64,000 nucleotides of DNA from an uncultured Phycisphaerales bacterium (lineage in GTDB: Bacteria; Planctomycetota; Phycisphaerae; Tepidisphaerales; Tepidisphaeraceae). Positions 18,575 through 30,422 of the stretch are shown here, one piece after another. Location: positions 32,001 to 96,000 of the forward strand of contig CAVWVQ010000002.1 in NCBI GenBank assembly GCA_963758525.1, written 5' to 3'. The notes beneath the pieces were generated by a model. That model saw only the letters and a list, made by a program, of their open reading frames with translations. It was not told the origin of the DNA and made no database searches. Positions within the stretch are counted from its first letter, which is position 1, and the number at the start of each line of letters is the position of its first letter. Both the position numbers and the translations under genes were made by a program.

Positions 18575-19531
18575 TCACGGATACGGCGCGATCCGCGGCT
18601 CGTCGCCCGGCAGTTGCAAAGCGCCGATCAAATCGCTCAATCGCTCGATCTTCTCGCGCTCCATGTATTGCGCAATCCCTTCGCAGATCTTGTTTGGCGT
18701 AGCCGGATCGACAAACAGTGCGGTTCCGATCGCTACGGCGGTCGCGCCCGCGAGCATGAACTCGATCGCATCGCGCCACGTTTGAACACCCCCCATCCCG
18801 ATGATCGGAATCCCCGCCGAGCGGGCAATGGTGCGATACACCCGGCTGACCATGTGCAGCGCGATCGGCTTGATCGCCGGTCCGGATAATCCGCCGGTGA
18901 CGTTGGCAAGCCGGGGGCGTCGCTTGTGAACGTCGATCGCCATCGCAGTGAACGTGTTCACCAGCGACAGCACATCCGCGCCGCCCTCGATCGCGGCACG
19001 CGCCGTCACCGTCACGTCTTCCACGTTTGGCGAAAGCTTTACGATCAGCAGCTTGTGAGGCAGCACCTTTTTCACCTGCGCGACGAGTTCCTTCAGCCGC
19101 CCCGGATGCGTGCCGAAGGTCAGGCCGTCTTTCACGTTGGGACACGACACATTCAGCTCGACGCCGGAGATGCAATCCAGCCCGTCCATTGCGGCGCAGG
19201 TTTCGCCGTAATCATCGAACGAATGACCGGCGACGTTGACAATGACCGGGCAGGGCATCTTGCGAATCTGCGGCACCTTCTCGGCAAGAAATCGTTCCAA
19301 CCCGACGTTGGCGAGACCAATCGCATTGAGCATTCCAGCTCGAACTTCAACGATTCGTGCCGGCTCATTTCCTACGCGCTCTTCCCGCGTGATCGACTTG
19401 GTGACGAACGCCCCAAGCTGCGAGAGATCCATGAAATCGGCATACTCGAACGCGTAGCCGCACGTCCCCGAGCAGGTGAGCGTCGGGTTTGACAGCCGCA
19501 ATTCGCGAAGCTGAATGGAGAGATCTGGCAC
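18575..19531 (-). CDS. pyrD: Dihydroorotate dehydrogenase family 1B catalytic subunit
   Basis: MLNAIGLAN, ELNVSCPNV, VKLSPN, GGLSGPAIKP, IIGMGG. Confidence 0.92.
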   Translation of the reverse strand: MPDLSIQLRELRLSNPTLTCSGTCGYAFEYADFMDLSQLGAFVTKSITREERVGNEPARIVEVRAGMLNAIGLANVGLERFLAEKVPQIRKMPCPVIVNVAGHSFDDYGETCAAMDGLDCISGVELNVSCPNVKDGLTFGTHPGRLKELVAQVKKVLPHKLLIVKLSPNVEDVTVTARAAIEGGADVLSLVNTFTAMAIDVHKRRPRLANVTGGLSGPAIKPIALHMVSRVYRTIARSAGIPIIGMGGVQTWRDAIEFMLAGATAVAIGTALFVDPATPNKICEGIAQYMEREKIERLSDLIGALQLPGDEPRIAPYP

Positions 19532-19580
19532 CGGGAAAGAGGGTAAGCGAGGAGGAGCGGAATGTGTAGCGCCGGCCTGA

Positions 19581-19800
19581 AACCAGAATGACGAAACCAG
19601 AAATCAGAATCAAACCAGAATGACGAATGACCGAAACCTCGTTGTCGATTGTGAGTACCCTTTCAGAGGTTCCATCCACCGACGCGCGTCACGCCGCGCA
19701 GTTTCCACAGCTGTGCGCGCAAATTTCAGCCTCTTCATTCGGTCATTCGTCATTCGGGTTTGATTCTTTGATTCGGGGATTCTGGTTTCGTCATTCCGAC
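19581..19800. repeat. Intergenic inverted-repeat element of GAATGAC/GTCATTC heptamers
   Basis: CCAGAATGACGAAACCAGAA...TTCTGGTTTCGTCATTC; related to 761-900. Confidence 0.75.
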
Positions 19801-19862
19801 TTCGGAACTTGCCGAATCGGCGGATCGGTTCCCCATCCCTCGCGTCCCGCCTACACTTGCCC

Positions 19863-20927
19863 ATGTCCAACAATCTTTTCTCACCGCTGAAGATTCGCGA
19901 ACTCACCATCCCCAATCGCGTCTTCGTCTCACCCATGTGTCAATATTCGAGCGACAACGGGCTGCCCACGGACTGGCACATGGTGCACCTTGGCAGCCGG
20001 GCCGTCGGCGGAGCGGGCCTGGTCATGGTCGAGGCGACCGCAGTCTCGCCGGAGGGGCGGATCTCACCGGGCGACAGCGGGATCTGGTCGGATGAGCACT
20101 CTCGCGCGTTCGCTCCGATCGCACGATTTATTGAATCGCAAGGAGCCGTCCCGGCGATCCAACTCGCTCATGCGGGGCGCAAGGCCTCAACGATGCGACC
20201 CTGGGAAGGCCGCTCCGAAGTCCCGATTTCCCAGGGCGGCTGGCAGACCATCGCACCCAGCGCGATCCCATTCAACGACGTCTATCCCAAGCCGCGTGCG
20301 ATGACTGAAGCCGATATCGCGGCGGTCCTGAAGCAGTTCGTGGACGCGACCCGCCGGAGTCTGGCCGCCGGGTTCCGCGTGGTCGAACTTCACATGGCTC
20401 ACGGCTATCTGCTCCACGAATTTCTTTCGCCATTATCGAATCATCGCACCGACGAATTCGGCGGCTCGCTGGAGAACCGGATGCGTTTGCCCCTTCGCGT
20501 CGCCAGTGCCGTGCGCGAAACCTGGCCGACGGAGCGCCCGCTCTTCGTTCGCATCTCCGCCACCGACTGGGTGGACGGCGGCTGGGATTTGCCGCAGTCC
20601 ATCCGCTTTTCCACCGAGCTGCGCAAGATCGGCATCGACCTGATCGATTGCTCCAGCGGCGGGCTCGCCGCTCAGGCGAAAATTCCCGTCTCGCCCGGCT
20701 ACCAGGTTCCGTTTGCTGAAGCGATCCGCCGCGAGGCGGGCATTGCCACCGGGGCCGTTGGACTGATCACCGATCCCAAACAAGCCGACGAAATCATCTC
20801 CGCTGGAAAAGCCGACGCCGTGCTGCTCGCACGAGCGATGCTGCGCGATCCCTACTGGCCCTTGCATGCCGCGAAGGAATTGGGCGCCCAAGGCCGCTGG
20901 CCCATCCAGTATGAACGCGCGACCTGA
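19863..20927 (+). CDS. NADH:flavin oxidoreductase / old yellow enzyme (YqjM/NamA-like)
   Basis: VSPMCQYS, IQLAHAGRK, HMAHGYLLHEFLSP, RISATDW, PIQYERA. Confidence 0.92.
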   Translation: MSNNLFSPLKIRELTIPNRVFVSPMCQYSSDNGLPTDWHMVHLGSRAVGGAGLVMVEATAVSPEGRISPGDSGIWSDEHSRAFAPIARFIESQGAVPAIQLAHAGRKASTMRPWEGRSEVPISQGGWQTIAPSAIPFNDVYPKPRAMTEADIAAVLKQFVDATRRSLAAGFRVVELHMAHGYLLHEFLSPLSNHRTDEFGGSLENRMRLPLRVASAVRETWPTERPLFVRISATDWVDGGWDLPQSIRFSTELRKIGIDLIDCSSGGLAAQAKIPVSPGYQVPFAEAIRREAGIATGAVGLITDPKQADEIISAGKADAVLLARAMLRDPYWPLHAAKELGAQGRWPIQYERAT

Positions 20928-21002
20928 CGACTGTGGCAATTGACTCCCCTCCCATCATCCGATCTGATGCCCAGACGCGCACCAAATTGAAGGGTATATG
21001 CC

Positions 21003-21872
21003 ATGGATCAGATCGAGACACTCAGAAAGGTTTCGCTGTTTTCGGGAATGGACGATCAGGAGATCGCGGGGGTGCTGGCGATCATGGACTCGAATCATTA
21101 CGTCCCCGGACAGGGAATCATCCATGAGAACGATGAAGCCGAGGCGTTTCACGTCATCACGAGGGGGACGGTCGAGTTTCTCACCTCCGACGCCAGCGGC
21201 GCGGAATTGATCCTCGACCAGGCCGGCGTCGGCGGGTTTTTCGGCGAGTTGTCCGCCCTGACCGGCGAGCCCAGGCTGGTCCGCGTCCGCGCGGTCGACG
21301 ACGTCGAATCGCTCTCCCTGAGCCGCTCGGAATTTCACGACTTTGTCATGGCTCATCCGCATGCCGGGATCGACGTTATGACGGCACTGGCTCATCGTCT
21401 GTATCGAACGGACAAGTTGCTGAAGCAGAGCGTCAGCCGCAACGCAAACGTCGTCGATTACGAACGGCTGACATTGGGCGCGAAGATCGCCGATCAATTC
21501 GCCAGCGGCATGGGCTCCTGGACGTTCATCATTTTGCAGAGCGGGATTCTCGCGTTCTGGGTGGCTTTCAACGTGGTTGCCGTCCATTTCGGCTGGTGGT
21601 CGTGGGACCCGTATCCGTTCATCTTTCTGAACCTGGTCCTCTCGTTCCAGGCGGCTTACGCCGCTCCCATCATCATGATGAGTCAGAACCGCTCGGCCGA
21701 TAAAGACCGGCTCGCCGCGGAGATCGACCACCAGGTCAATATCAAAGCGGAGGTAAAAACCGGCCTTATCATGAGCCGGCTCGACGACCTGGAACGCGCG
21801 ATGCATTTCCTCCACAAGGAACAATGCTCGCTTATGAGACTCGGCAACGGCGATCAGCCCTCATCGAGGTGA
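21003..21872 (+). CDS. cNMP-binding domain plus DUF1003 membrane protein
   Basis: FFGELSALTGEPR; GSWTFII, DPYPFIFLNL, QAAYAAPIIMMSQNR. Confidence 0.88.
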   Translation: MDQIETLRKVSLFSGMDDQEIAGVLAIMDSNHYVPGQGIIHENDEAEAFHVITRGTVEFLTSDASGAELILDQAGVGGFFGELSALTGEPRLVRVRAVDDVESLSLSRSEFHDFVMAHPHAGIDVMTALAHRLYRTDKLLKQSVSRNANVVDYERLTLGAKIADQFASGMGSWTFIILQSGILAFWVAFNVVAVHFGWWSWDPYPFIFLNLVLSFQAAYAAPIIMMSQNRSADKDRLAAEIDHQVNIKAEVKTGLIMSRLDDLERAMHFLHKEQCSLMRLGNGDQPSSR

Positions 21873-22003
21873 ATCGTCTCAGGAAATTCGCGCGGCCAAC
21901 GCGGCGATGGTATGCGCGTTCGTTGAAAAGCGTAAAGCAAGTCACTACAGATGGGTGTCGTTGGCGTCCGGGCGCGGAGCCAGTAGACTCAAATGCGGTC
22001 CCG

Positions 22004-23569
22004 ATGCCCAGCAAGATCAAATTTGTAATTCTGCGCTTCGCCGTAACGACGGGGTTGCTGCTTGCCGGCTGTCAGGCGAGTCATCCGGCGGAGCGTCCGT
22101 TTGTGGCGCCTGCGAGCAGCGCGGCACATCTCACGCATTTCATTGGGACGCCGCTGTCCGGCCCCACATTGACGAAGCCGACTTCGATTCGCCCGGGCGA
22201 CGCCCTGTCTGTTGAGGTGCGGTTCGTGGCGCTCGAGCACATGGTCCCGCAGGCCGGTGAACCGCTGGCCAGCAGAATACGGATGCTCGTGCAGACGCGC
22301 CGCCCGCTGCCCGTGCTTCCTGCAGAGCGGTTGCTGCGCAGCGCACGATGGATCGATCTCAACGGCAATGCCAACCTGGACAGCGCGGTCTCGCCGATCG
22401 GCGGCCGCACCGCCACGGTCGTGGATCAGCAAGGCGCATTGCCACCCAATGTGACCGCGTCATTTACGCTCGCTGATGCAACGAGCCTGGACGACTCGGG
22501 AGCATCGACCGCATCGCATCGGCAGATCGAGGTGGACGCATATCGTTCCGCGATGGGCACTCTGCAGATCGGCGTGGCGCTGGAAGATCTGGCCGATCAG
22601 GCGCCTGACAAGACCGATCTGGGAGATGAGACCAAGTCCGCCGGCGAATCGAAGGCGGCTAAGCCGCAGACGGGGCCGGCGCGGAATTCGACGCTCTCAG
22701 CGAGAAGCAAGGCGGCGCATGTGGCGGCAGGTCAGCCGCCGGTATTTCAGCGGGAGCTGGCGATCGTCGATCTGCCGCCGCTTTCCACGAAGGGCGAACA
22801 AACCGCGGTGTTAATTCCCATTCATTTCGCCAATACCGATTCGGCGGCGATCGCGGCGGTCATCACGATCATGCCCTCATCCAATGCTGTGGAGCATGTC
22901 AGGGCGACAGCCCGATGTGCGGAGGATTTGCAGCATTCCTGCGATGCGGCCGCGAACGACCCGCAGGCGCTGACGGTGGTCAGCCCGGAATGGTCGATCT
23001 ATCGCGTGGCGCTGGATGCGTTGAGCGATCCGCAGCGCCGGCGGGCGGCGCTGGTCTATCTCGCGGCACAGACAGGCGCACCGCTCTGTCGCGACGTGGC
23101 GCTCGCCGCGGAGGGGTCGGCGCTGGACCGACTTTCCGGCGAAGTCCGCCGGGTCATCGCAAAACCTGCTGCCGAGGCCGGGCCCAGCGGCGAGGAACTC
23201 GGCTGGACGCTCGATCGAACCACGTTTTTGATGCTCGGGGCGATGCTCAATGAGTCGAAGCTTCCACTGGAACTGGCGGCGGTGCTGACTTCCTTTAGCG
23301 GGCAGGTCGGGCGCGACGCGGGCTCTGTTGACGAAGTTTCGCATTCGCTCGGCAGCCGCGCTGCATTCATGGCGCGGTTGCAGGCGGAAAATCTGATTGC
23401 GCTGGAAGACAGTTCGCTTGCCGCCCGGGTGCGCGCCTACGACTGGCTGCGAGCCCGCGATGAGGCGCCGCCGGGATTCGATCCGCAGGCGTCGCGGAAG
23501 GAACGCCGCGGCGCGCTGGAGAATTTTGTTGCAGCTCCCACAACAGCCCCCGCCGGAGCGGTCAAATGA
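22004..23569 (+). CDS. Hypothetical lipoprotein
   Basis: Lipobox LLLAGC; long ORF overlapping next start (ATGA). Confidence 0.7.
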   Translation: MPSKIKFVILRFAVTTGLLLAGCQASHPAERPFVAPASSAAHLTHFIGTPLSGPTLTKPTSIRPGDALSVEVRFVALEHMVPQAGEPLASRIRMLVQTRRPLPVLPAERLLRSARWIDLNGNANLDSAVSPIGGRTATVVDQQGALPPNVTASFTLADATSLDDSGASTASHRQIEVDAYRSAMGTLQIGVALEDLADQAPDKTDLGDETKSAGESKAAKPQTGPARNSTLSARSKAAHVAAGQPPVFQRELAIVDLPPLSTKGEQTAVLIPIHFANTDSAAIAAVITIMPSSNAVEHVRATARCAEDLQHSCDAAANDPQALTVVSPEWSIYRVALDALSDPQRRRAALVYLAAQTGAPLCRDVALAAEGSALDRLSGEVRRVIAKPAAEAGPSGEELGWTLDRTTFLMLGAMLNESKLPLELAAVLTSFSGQVGRDAGSVDEVSHSLGSRAAFMARLQAENLIALEDSSLAARVRAYDWLRARDEAPPGFDPQASRKERRGALENFVAAPTTAPAGAVK

Positions 23570-26500
23570 GTGATGCGCCGACGCCTCCTTTCGAACCAGC
23601 GCCGCCCGCCGCCGCGCCCGTGCCGCCCGCGACGGAGAAGCCCGCCCCGGCGAAACCCGCGCGCAAACCGAGCAACTGGCGCCGGCGAATTCTCGTCACC
23701 CTCATCGTGCTCTTCGCGCTGGCGACGGTCGGCCGGCTGCTGGTCGCCATTTCATTGCCGCTCGTGCTGCAGCGGGTGGTGGCGTTTTACAATCTCTCCT
23801 GCACCTACGATCGGGCCGCACTGAGCATCACCGACGGCGACCTCACCCTGTCCAACCTGACCATCCGGCCTAAAGAGGGCGGCGAGCCGATCGCCCATGC
23901 CGATTACATTTACGGCAATATCTCACCGCTCCAACTGCTGCGCGGCAGACTGTACGTGTATCGCGCCGAGGTCGACGGCATCAACGTGAATGTCGATCGC
24001 CAGGCCGATGGAACCATTCCGCTGTTGACGCGTTTTGTTCCCGCGACCGCCAAAACAGCGCAGACCGCCAGCGGTTCGCAAGCTGCGCCGGTAAAACCGG
24101 TCGATCTTGCTTCGCCCTTGAAGGTCGAGGCATTTCGGCTGACGCACGTCGTCGCCCACATCCATGACGAGCATGTGGCGCCAACGCTGGACACCGACGT
24201 GCTGCTGGGCGTGCGCGTCAGCGACCTGGGCGTGGCCGGCAAGGCGACGACGTTTGAAGTGAACGTCTCCGCGGATCAGCTTCTCGATGAACTGGCCGTC
24301 AAAGGGCACGCGAAACTCGACGCGGCATCGCTTGACGCCCAAATGAGCGTCGGTGTTCGCGGCCTGCATCCCCGGGCGGCGGCTGGATACATGCTGCCGA
24401 TTGGCATTCGTCCCGCCTCCGACAGTATCAACATGCAGATGAGCGCCGCGCTGACGGCGGCTCCGTCGAACTCTGCGCCAGCGCGCTGACCGGCAAGCTG
24501 TCGCTCGACAAGATTCTCGCCCTTGCCGATGGCGAGCAGTCGGTCCGCGTGGACAAGGTGAATATCGACATCGATTCTTTCGACACGCTCGCGCTCAAGC
24601 TCGGCGATGTTCTCGTGCAAGGCGTTCGCGTCAGCACCGGCCGCACACACGAAGGCCTGCTGCGAGCCTGCGGGATCGAGCTTGTCACGCCGGCGCAAAC
24701 CAATGCGTCTCCCGCGGCCGCAACTTCGGCGACCGGCGCGGCTCCCGCATACGCTTTGAGCGTCGCTTCTGTTCGGGTGAGCGACTGCCGGTTCGAGCTC
24801 AACGATCAGGCCGTCACTCCCGCGACGACACTGGCGATCCAGCTCGATCAGTTCACCATTGCAGCTCCCGAGTCAGGCGGACCGCTCGCGATTGTCGGCA
24901 AGCTTGAGCTTCCCGGCATCGCAAAACGGATCGAACTCTCCGGCACTACTTCCCCGTTCGCTCAGACCAGGACTGCCGCGGTAATGTTGCGTGTGTCGGG
25001 ACTCGACCCAACCGCGCTCAAGCCCTACCTGAACGCCATTGGGCTTGAATCGCAGTTCACCAACGGCACGTTCGCCTGCGATCTGAACGCCGATCTGACG
25101 CCGAAGCCGGACGGCAACTTTGCCGCCAACGCGCACCTCTCGAAATTAAGTCTTGCCAACACCAGCCAGCTTCTCGGGCTGGACGATGTTTCGCTGCAAG
25201 GCGTTTCCGCCGACGCGCACAAAATCCGTTTCGATTCCATCGCCGTGAGCGGTCCGACGCTCGTGATTCAGCGAGATGCCAGCGGCGCGGTCAGCCTGCT
25301 GGGCTTCAAGACGCGCCCGCCGGTTGCTTCGCCGAAAGAAGGAGCACCCGCAGCGCAGACATCGACGCCGGCTGCACCCCCTCCGCTAACGACGGCTTCC
25401 GCGACACCCGCCCCGCGTCTGGAGATTGGCAAATTCATCTGGCATGGCGTACACGTTCATTTCGACGACGAAGCGGTTTCTCCGCCGCAGTCGATCGGAA
25501 TCGACGATGTGGGAGTGGAGCTGACCGATCTGAAGCTCGGCCTCGATCCGCGGGATTACGCGGCCAACAGCGGGAAGATCAAAGCCTGGCTCGCGGCGCC
25601 GCGGTTTGTCGATCGATTCGACCTGAGCGGCAATGTTGCTCCGGGGCCCAAGGCGCTGCTGCTTGATGTCACCGGCGCGGGAACCGGCATCTCGCCGTCG
25701 GCGCTGGCCCCGTATCTTTCCTCGCTCGGCCTGGCTCCGCTGACGACCAACGGCACGATCAACTTTCACGCGCAGCTGTCCGTCGCCCACGATCGCAACA
25801 CCCTTAGCGCGGGCTTATCCCTGGATCAGATTCGCTACGCCGATCCGGCCCAGACGCTGCTCGCCGTCGATTCGCTCAAAATCGGGAACGTCGCGCTGGC
25901 GGGCAGCGACATCGGCGTCACCGACGCCACGATCGAGCATCCGCAGGCTCGCATCGAGCGTGACCATGACGGCAACCTCGTCGTCGCCGGGATTAAGCTG
26001 GTTTCGAGCAGCCCCAGCCCCCCGCTTCCCGCCGCTTCTCCCACTATAAGTCAGCCGCCATCAGCCCCCAGCCAGGCATCAACAAACCCGCGGCCGAATG
26101 CGCCTGCGACACAGACTGCGTCGAGTACACCGAGCCCGGCGGCTCCAGCGCCGCTCACGGCAGAACTCGACTCGTTGCGCATTGCGCACGCACAACTCTG
26201 GTGGATCGACCATGCGGTCTCCCCGGATGTCAACGCCTCGCTGACGGCTGATGTCGGCCTGCAGCATCTGACCATCGGAAAAGCGGCCGATCCGGCAAAT
26301 CTGCAGATCGTCGCCGCCATCCCCGGAGTCATCGAAAAACTGGATGTCGTCGGCAAGGTCTCGCCCGCGCCTGGGGCGCAATCGGCGAGCTTCAACATTG
26401 CAGGCGACGGAATTGTGATCGGGCCGATGGCGTCGTATCTGCCGCCGGGGATCACGTCCACACTCAAGGACGGTTCGCTTCGGCTGGCGCTCGACGCGAA

Positions 26501-28961
26501 ACTTCTGACGGCTCAGAAAGGCGCACTGGCCGCCAATCTGATTGTGAATCAACTTGACTACCGCGACGCCGGCTCCCCCACTTCGCTCTTCAAACTGGAC
26601 AACCTCACGCTCGCCGCGTCGCGCTTCGATCCAAAGGGCGGCGTGATTGCCTTCGATGAAGTTTCCACCCACGGAATCGCATGCGACGTGACGCAACTTC
26701 CGGGAGGCAAGTTGCAACTGCTGGGATTTCAAATCGCGCCCGCTCCGGCCGCGCCGCAGCCGGCCGTGAAGGCGAAGACCACCGCGGAAGGTGCCGGGAT
26801 GGCCACGCCCGCTGTCGCGCCGTCCGCTCCCGCTTCGCCCACGCCTGCGCCGGACGCGGCGGCGCTGGTCGCGGCGGCTCGAAAGGCGCTTCCGCTGATC
26901 ACCCTTGAGAAGCTCGATCTGAACGTCAGCCGATTCGCTCTCATCGACGGCTCTCGTCCCGCCGCGGCGCCGCTGGCGTTGGAAGATCTGACACTGCGGA
27001 ACACGAGCCGCATCGAATGCCTCGGCAAGGATCCGGAGTCGAAGCCGCCGACAGCGCTGCAACTGGTCACCCGCGTCGCGCCGCTGGCCGATCGGCTGGC
27101 GGTTGACGTCAAACTCTCGCCCTTCACCCGGCAGCCTTCTGCGACACTCGATCTGGCGATCGCCGGAATTCATGGCGACGGGCTCACGAAATACTCTCCC
27201 GATTTGAAAAAGACCATCGACGGCTCCGGCATGACCAACGGGCAATTCGGGGCCCACGTCGAAGCAACGCTGAAGCTCGATCGGCACTCGCCGATCGACT
27301 TCGATCTCTCTCATCCGTTCGGAGTCGAGTTCGACCTGACGAACGTGAAGTACCGCTCGGCGCCCAATGGTCCGGTGTTGGCTGGAATCGACGAGGTCCG
27401 ATCGGAGGGCGTTCGCGTCATCCCGGCAACCGGTGATGTGACGATAAAAACACTGGAGTTGACCAATCCCAACGCCCTGCTGATTCGCGACACGGATGGC
27501 ATTCACGCGCTTGGCTGGGTTCTCAAAAGTCAGCCGCCGGCGACGCAACCAAGTGCAGCGGCAACAGCCAAACCGCCCCAGCAACCCGCAAGAGTCGCCA
27601 CATTGAAGACCGCCGCGCCCGCATCGCAGCCGGCCGCCCCCAGAAGTGAGATCAAGATCGATCACATCGTGGCCAGCGGAATGAACGTGCGAATCGAGGA
27701 TCGCACCACCAAACCGATCACCGTCCTTCCGCTCAACGGGCTCGACCTGGAGATCCGCGATCTGTCGAGCCTGGCGCTCTATCAGGACAAGCCTTTCCGA
27801 TTCAGCGCGCTCATCAACGCGGGGAAGGTGAATCTGCCGGCCCGCACGGGCGGCGGAAGCGAGGATCGCGATTTGTTCTCGCAACTGACGGCTTCCGGGA
27901 AGATCGGCCTCTACCCCGAATTGAACGGATGGAGCAAGATTGCGATCAGCGGGTTTGATCTGTCCGGCGCAACCGCCGAAGCGGCGGCACAGAGCGTCAC
28001 CTTGACAAAAGGCGCCTTCGATACCGACATCGACCTGCACTTTGAGCCGGGTAACGTGATCGCGGTGCAATCGAAGCTGATCTTCACCGATATGTCGCTT
28101 GCTGAGCCGCCGAAGGGCCCGATCTCCAGATTCCTTGTCCTTCCCGCGCCCCTCGATGTCGTTCTGGGCATCCTCGAGGATCCGGACGGATCGATCACGC
28201 TTCCGGTGAATTTCTCGACCAAGGAGCTTCAACCGCAGGGAATCGCCGGAGCGGCCGCGGGCGCTGTCACCAGCGTGATAGCGACAGCGGTTGCCTCGGC
28301 CCCCGTCAAGGCGGTCAACGCGGTCGCGACATTGTTTGGCGTCGGAGCCAAAAAGCCAGGCGAGGAACAGCTCGTCACGCTCGGCTACGCTCCGGGGGCG
28401 ATTGCCCTCGAAATGCCCGAGCAGATCAAGCTGGCGCTCCTCGCGCAGCGGATGATCAAAGAGCCCGCCCTCTCGCTGACGATTGCCCACCAATTTGGGA
28501 GTCAGGATGCGCGGACCGTCGCCGCCCGCGCCAACCCCAGCGCGGATGAAGCGAAGGGATTGGCGTACCGCCTTCGCGCCCGCAAGCTCGAACTGTCGCG
28601 GCTGCGCTCCGAAGTATCGGGAGAAGCCGAAGCTCAGCTCGGAACATTCGACGAAGCCAGCGCCGCCCCGACACTCCTGCGGCTGCGTGCCATCGACCGC
28701 GATCTGGCAGTGACCGAGATTGCGTTGGATCGTACGTACGACATGCTCCGCCCTGGCGCCGATCGGCAGGCCGATCGACGCACCCGTGCGGCCGCGCTGG
28801 AAATTGCCTCCCAGCGTCTGGATGCGGTCCGCACGATGCTTCGCTCCGCCGGCGTGGCTGACGTCGATGCGCGCGTTAAGCTGATTCACCCGACCTTCGA
28901 TCCTTCGAAGGATTCTGTCGGTAGCGTGATTGCGATTCAGCCGGTTCAGACGAAGGGATAG
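23566..28961 (+). CDS. Giant DUF748/AsmA-like protein (about 1800 aa), frameshift near 24476
   Basis: N-terminal TM, repeated beta-rich units with motifs such as IHDEHVAP, LNDQAVTP, FDDEAVSP; PLDVVLGILEDPDGSITLPV and OmpA-like C-terminus. Confidence 0.75.
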
Positions 28962-29070
28962 TTTGGTTTGCGGGTTATTGAGTTTGAGGGGTTTGCAGTT
29001 TGGCCGCGAAGGGCAAGCCACGGCGGATGCAGGCGCGGATATTGACGCTTTTTTTAGTTCGGGGGGGGAA

Positions 29071-30024
29071 TTATTCAGCCGCAAGCGTTGCGGTCATGCG
29101 GGTTTCGATCGCGGATGTTGGGGGTACGCGAACGTTCCACACCAGCTTGAGCTTTTCGAGCAGTTTGATCACCACATAAGTGGAATCGAATTCCCACCAT
29201 CGCAGCCCGTGGCGGGCGGAGGTTGGAAACGCGTGATGGTTATTGTGCCAGCCTTCTCCGAACGCGAGGATTCCGAAGATGGCGTTGTTCCGGCTCTCAT
29301 CGGGCCCATCGAACGGGCGCGTTCCCCAAATGTGACAGACTGAATTAATGCTCCACGTGACGTGATGGAGCATGAAGGTGCGGATCAGCCCGCCCCACAA
29401 TACGCCTCCCAGCGCGCCCATCCAGGAGTGGAGAATCAGGCCGGCAATTACGCCCGGGATGACCCATCCGATCAGCATCCACAACCAGAACAGCCGGTCG
29501 ACAAAGACGAGCACCGGGTCGGCCAGCAGATCATTCACATTGCTGCGAGCGGCATCCGGGTCTGATGCGAAACACCAGCCGACATGCGCGTGCAGCATTC
29601 CCTTGAGCAGACCAACGATTCCGTCCCCTTTGAGGTGCGGCGAATGCGGATCGCCCGGCCGATCGCTGTGCTTGTGATGTGCGCGATGGACCGCACACCA
29701 TTCCAGAACCGGGCCCTGCGCCGACATCGAACCGGCAATTGCGAGCAGCCCCCGCAGGGCGGGCCCTGACTCAAGGGCGCGATGCGTGAACATGCGATGA
29801 AAACCGATCGTGACGCCAAGGATCGTGAATGTGTAGAAGCCCAGGAGCAGCATGAGCTGCGTCAATCCCACGCCATGGCCCCACATCAGATAGATCGCGG
29901 CGATCAGCCCCAAAAACGGCACGAATACTCCAACGCCCATCGCAAGGTTCTCGATAAGCGGCTTGGGTTCGTGAATGCGCTCTGCAACGACCGGATTGGT
30001 GCGGGGGGAAGAGAGTACGTTCAC
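29071..30024 (-). CDS. Delta-9 acyl-CoA/acyl-lipid fatty acid desaturase (start uncertain)
   Basis: His boxes GFHRMFTH, HRAHHKHSD, GEGWHNNHH. Confidence 0.92.
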   Translation of the reverse strand: MNVLSSPRTNPVVAERIHEPKPLIENLAMGVGVFVPFLGLIAAIYLMWGHGVGLTQLMLLLGFYTFTILGVTIGFHRMFTHRALESGPALRGLLAIAGSMSAQGPVLEWCAVHRAHHKHSDRPGDPHSPHLKGDGIVGLLKGMLHAHVGWCFASDPDAARSNVNDLLADPVLVFVDRLFWLWMLIGWVIPGVIAGLILHSWMGALGGVLWGGLIRTFMLHHVTWSINSVCHIWGTRPFDGPDESRNNAIFGILAFGEGWHNNHHAFPTSARHGLRWWEFDSTYVVIKLLEKLKLVWNVRVPPTSAIETRMTATLAAE

Positions 30025-30101
30025 GCGGTTTGCCTCGTGCGTCCGTGCATGACTGCACTTTAGGGAATGCGAACGGGCTTGCAAGCTGAAGAGTCGCTCA
30101 T

Positions 30102-30302
30102 CAAATACCGCGGCGCGCCATCCAAATCAATGTGAGCATGACGCCGATGCCGATGAGCATGTGCGTCATGTGAATTGCGGTCATGGTGAAGTAGAAACAC
30201 ATGAACAGTTGCTCCTCGGGCGGGCGATGCCCCATCGAGAACGCCGCCGAGGATGACGACTCTGGCGATCGTGTTCGCGCTGGAGGGAAAGATCTGGGCC
30301 AT
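30102..30302 (-). pseudogene. Chimeric remnant: actA 5' end joined to a cytochrome c oxidase subunit III fragment
   Basis: MAQIFPSSANTIARVVILGG (ActA-like start), then in a shifted frame RPPEEQLFMCFYFTMTAIHMTHMLIGIGVMLTLIWMARRG (CoxC/CtaE-like). Confidence 0.7.
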
Positions 30303-30422
30303 ATCCCGAGTGCGTCATGCTAAGCAGCACGCTGGCGGCGCGCGAATGGACAAAAAAGCTGCAAATTGTTTTGGGATTTGCCCCGATTAGGGAAAGGGTT
30401 AAAATTGGACTTGGTTAAATCC

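Noticed and set aside
26079..29084. 1001-aa minus-strand ORF
   Set aside because: Antisense shadow of the DUF748 gene in GC-rich DNA; no motifs. The same applies to the other long antisense ORFs (8847-10442, 30720-31955, 59986-61287).
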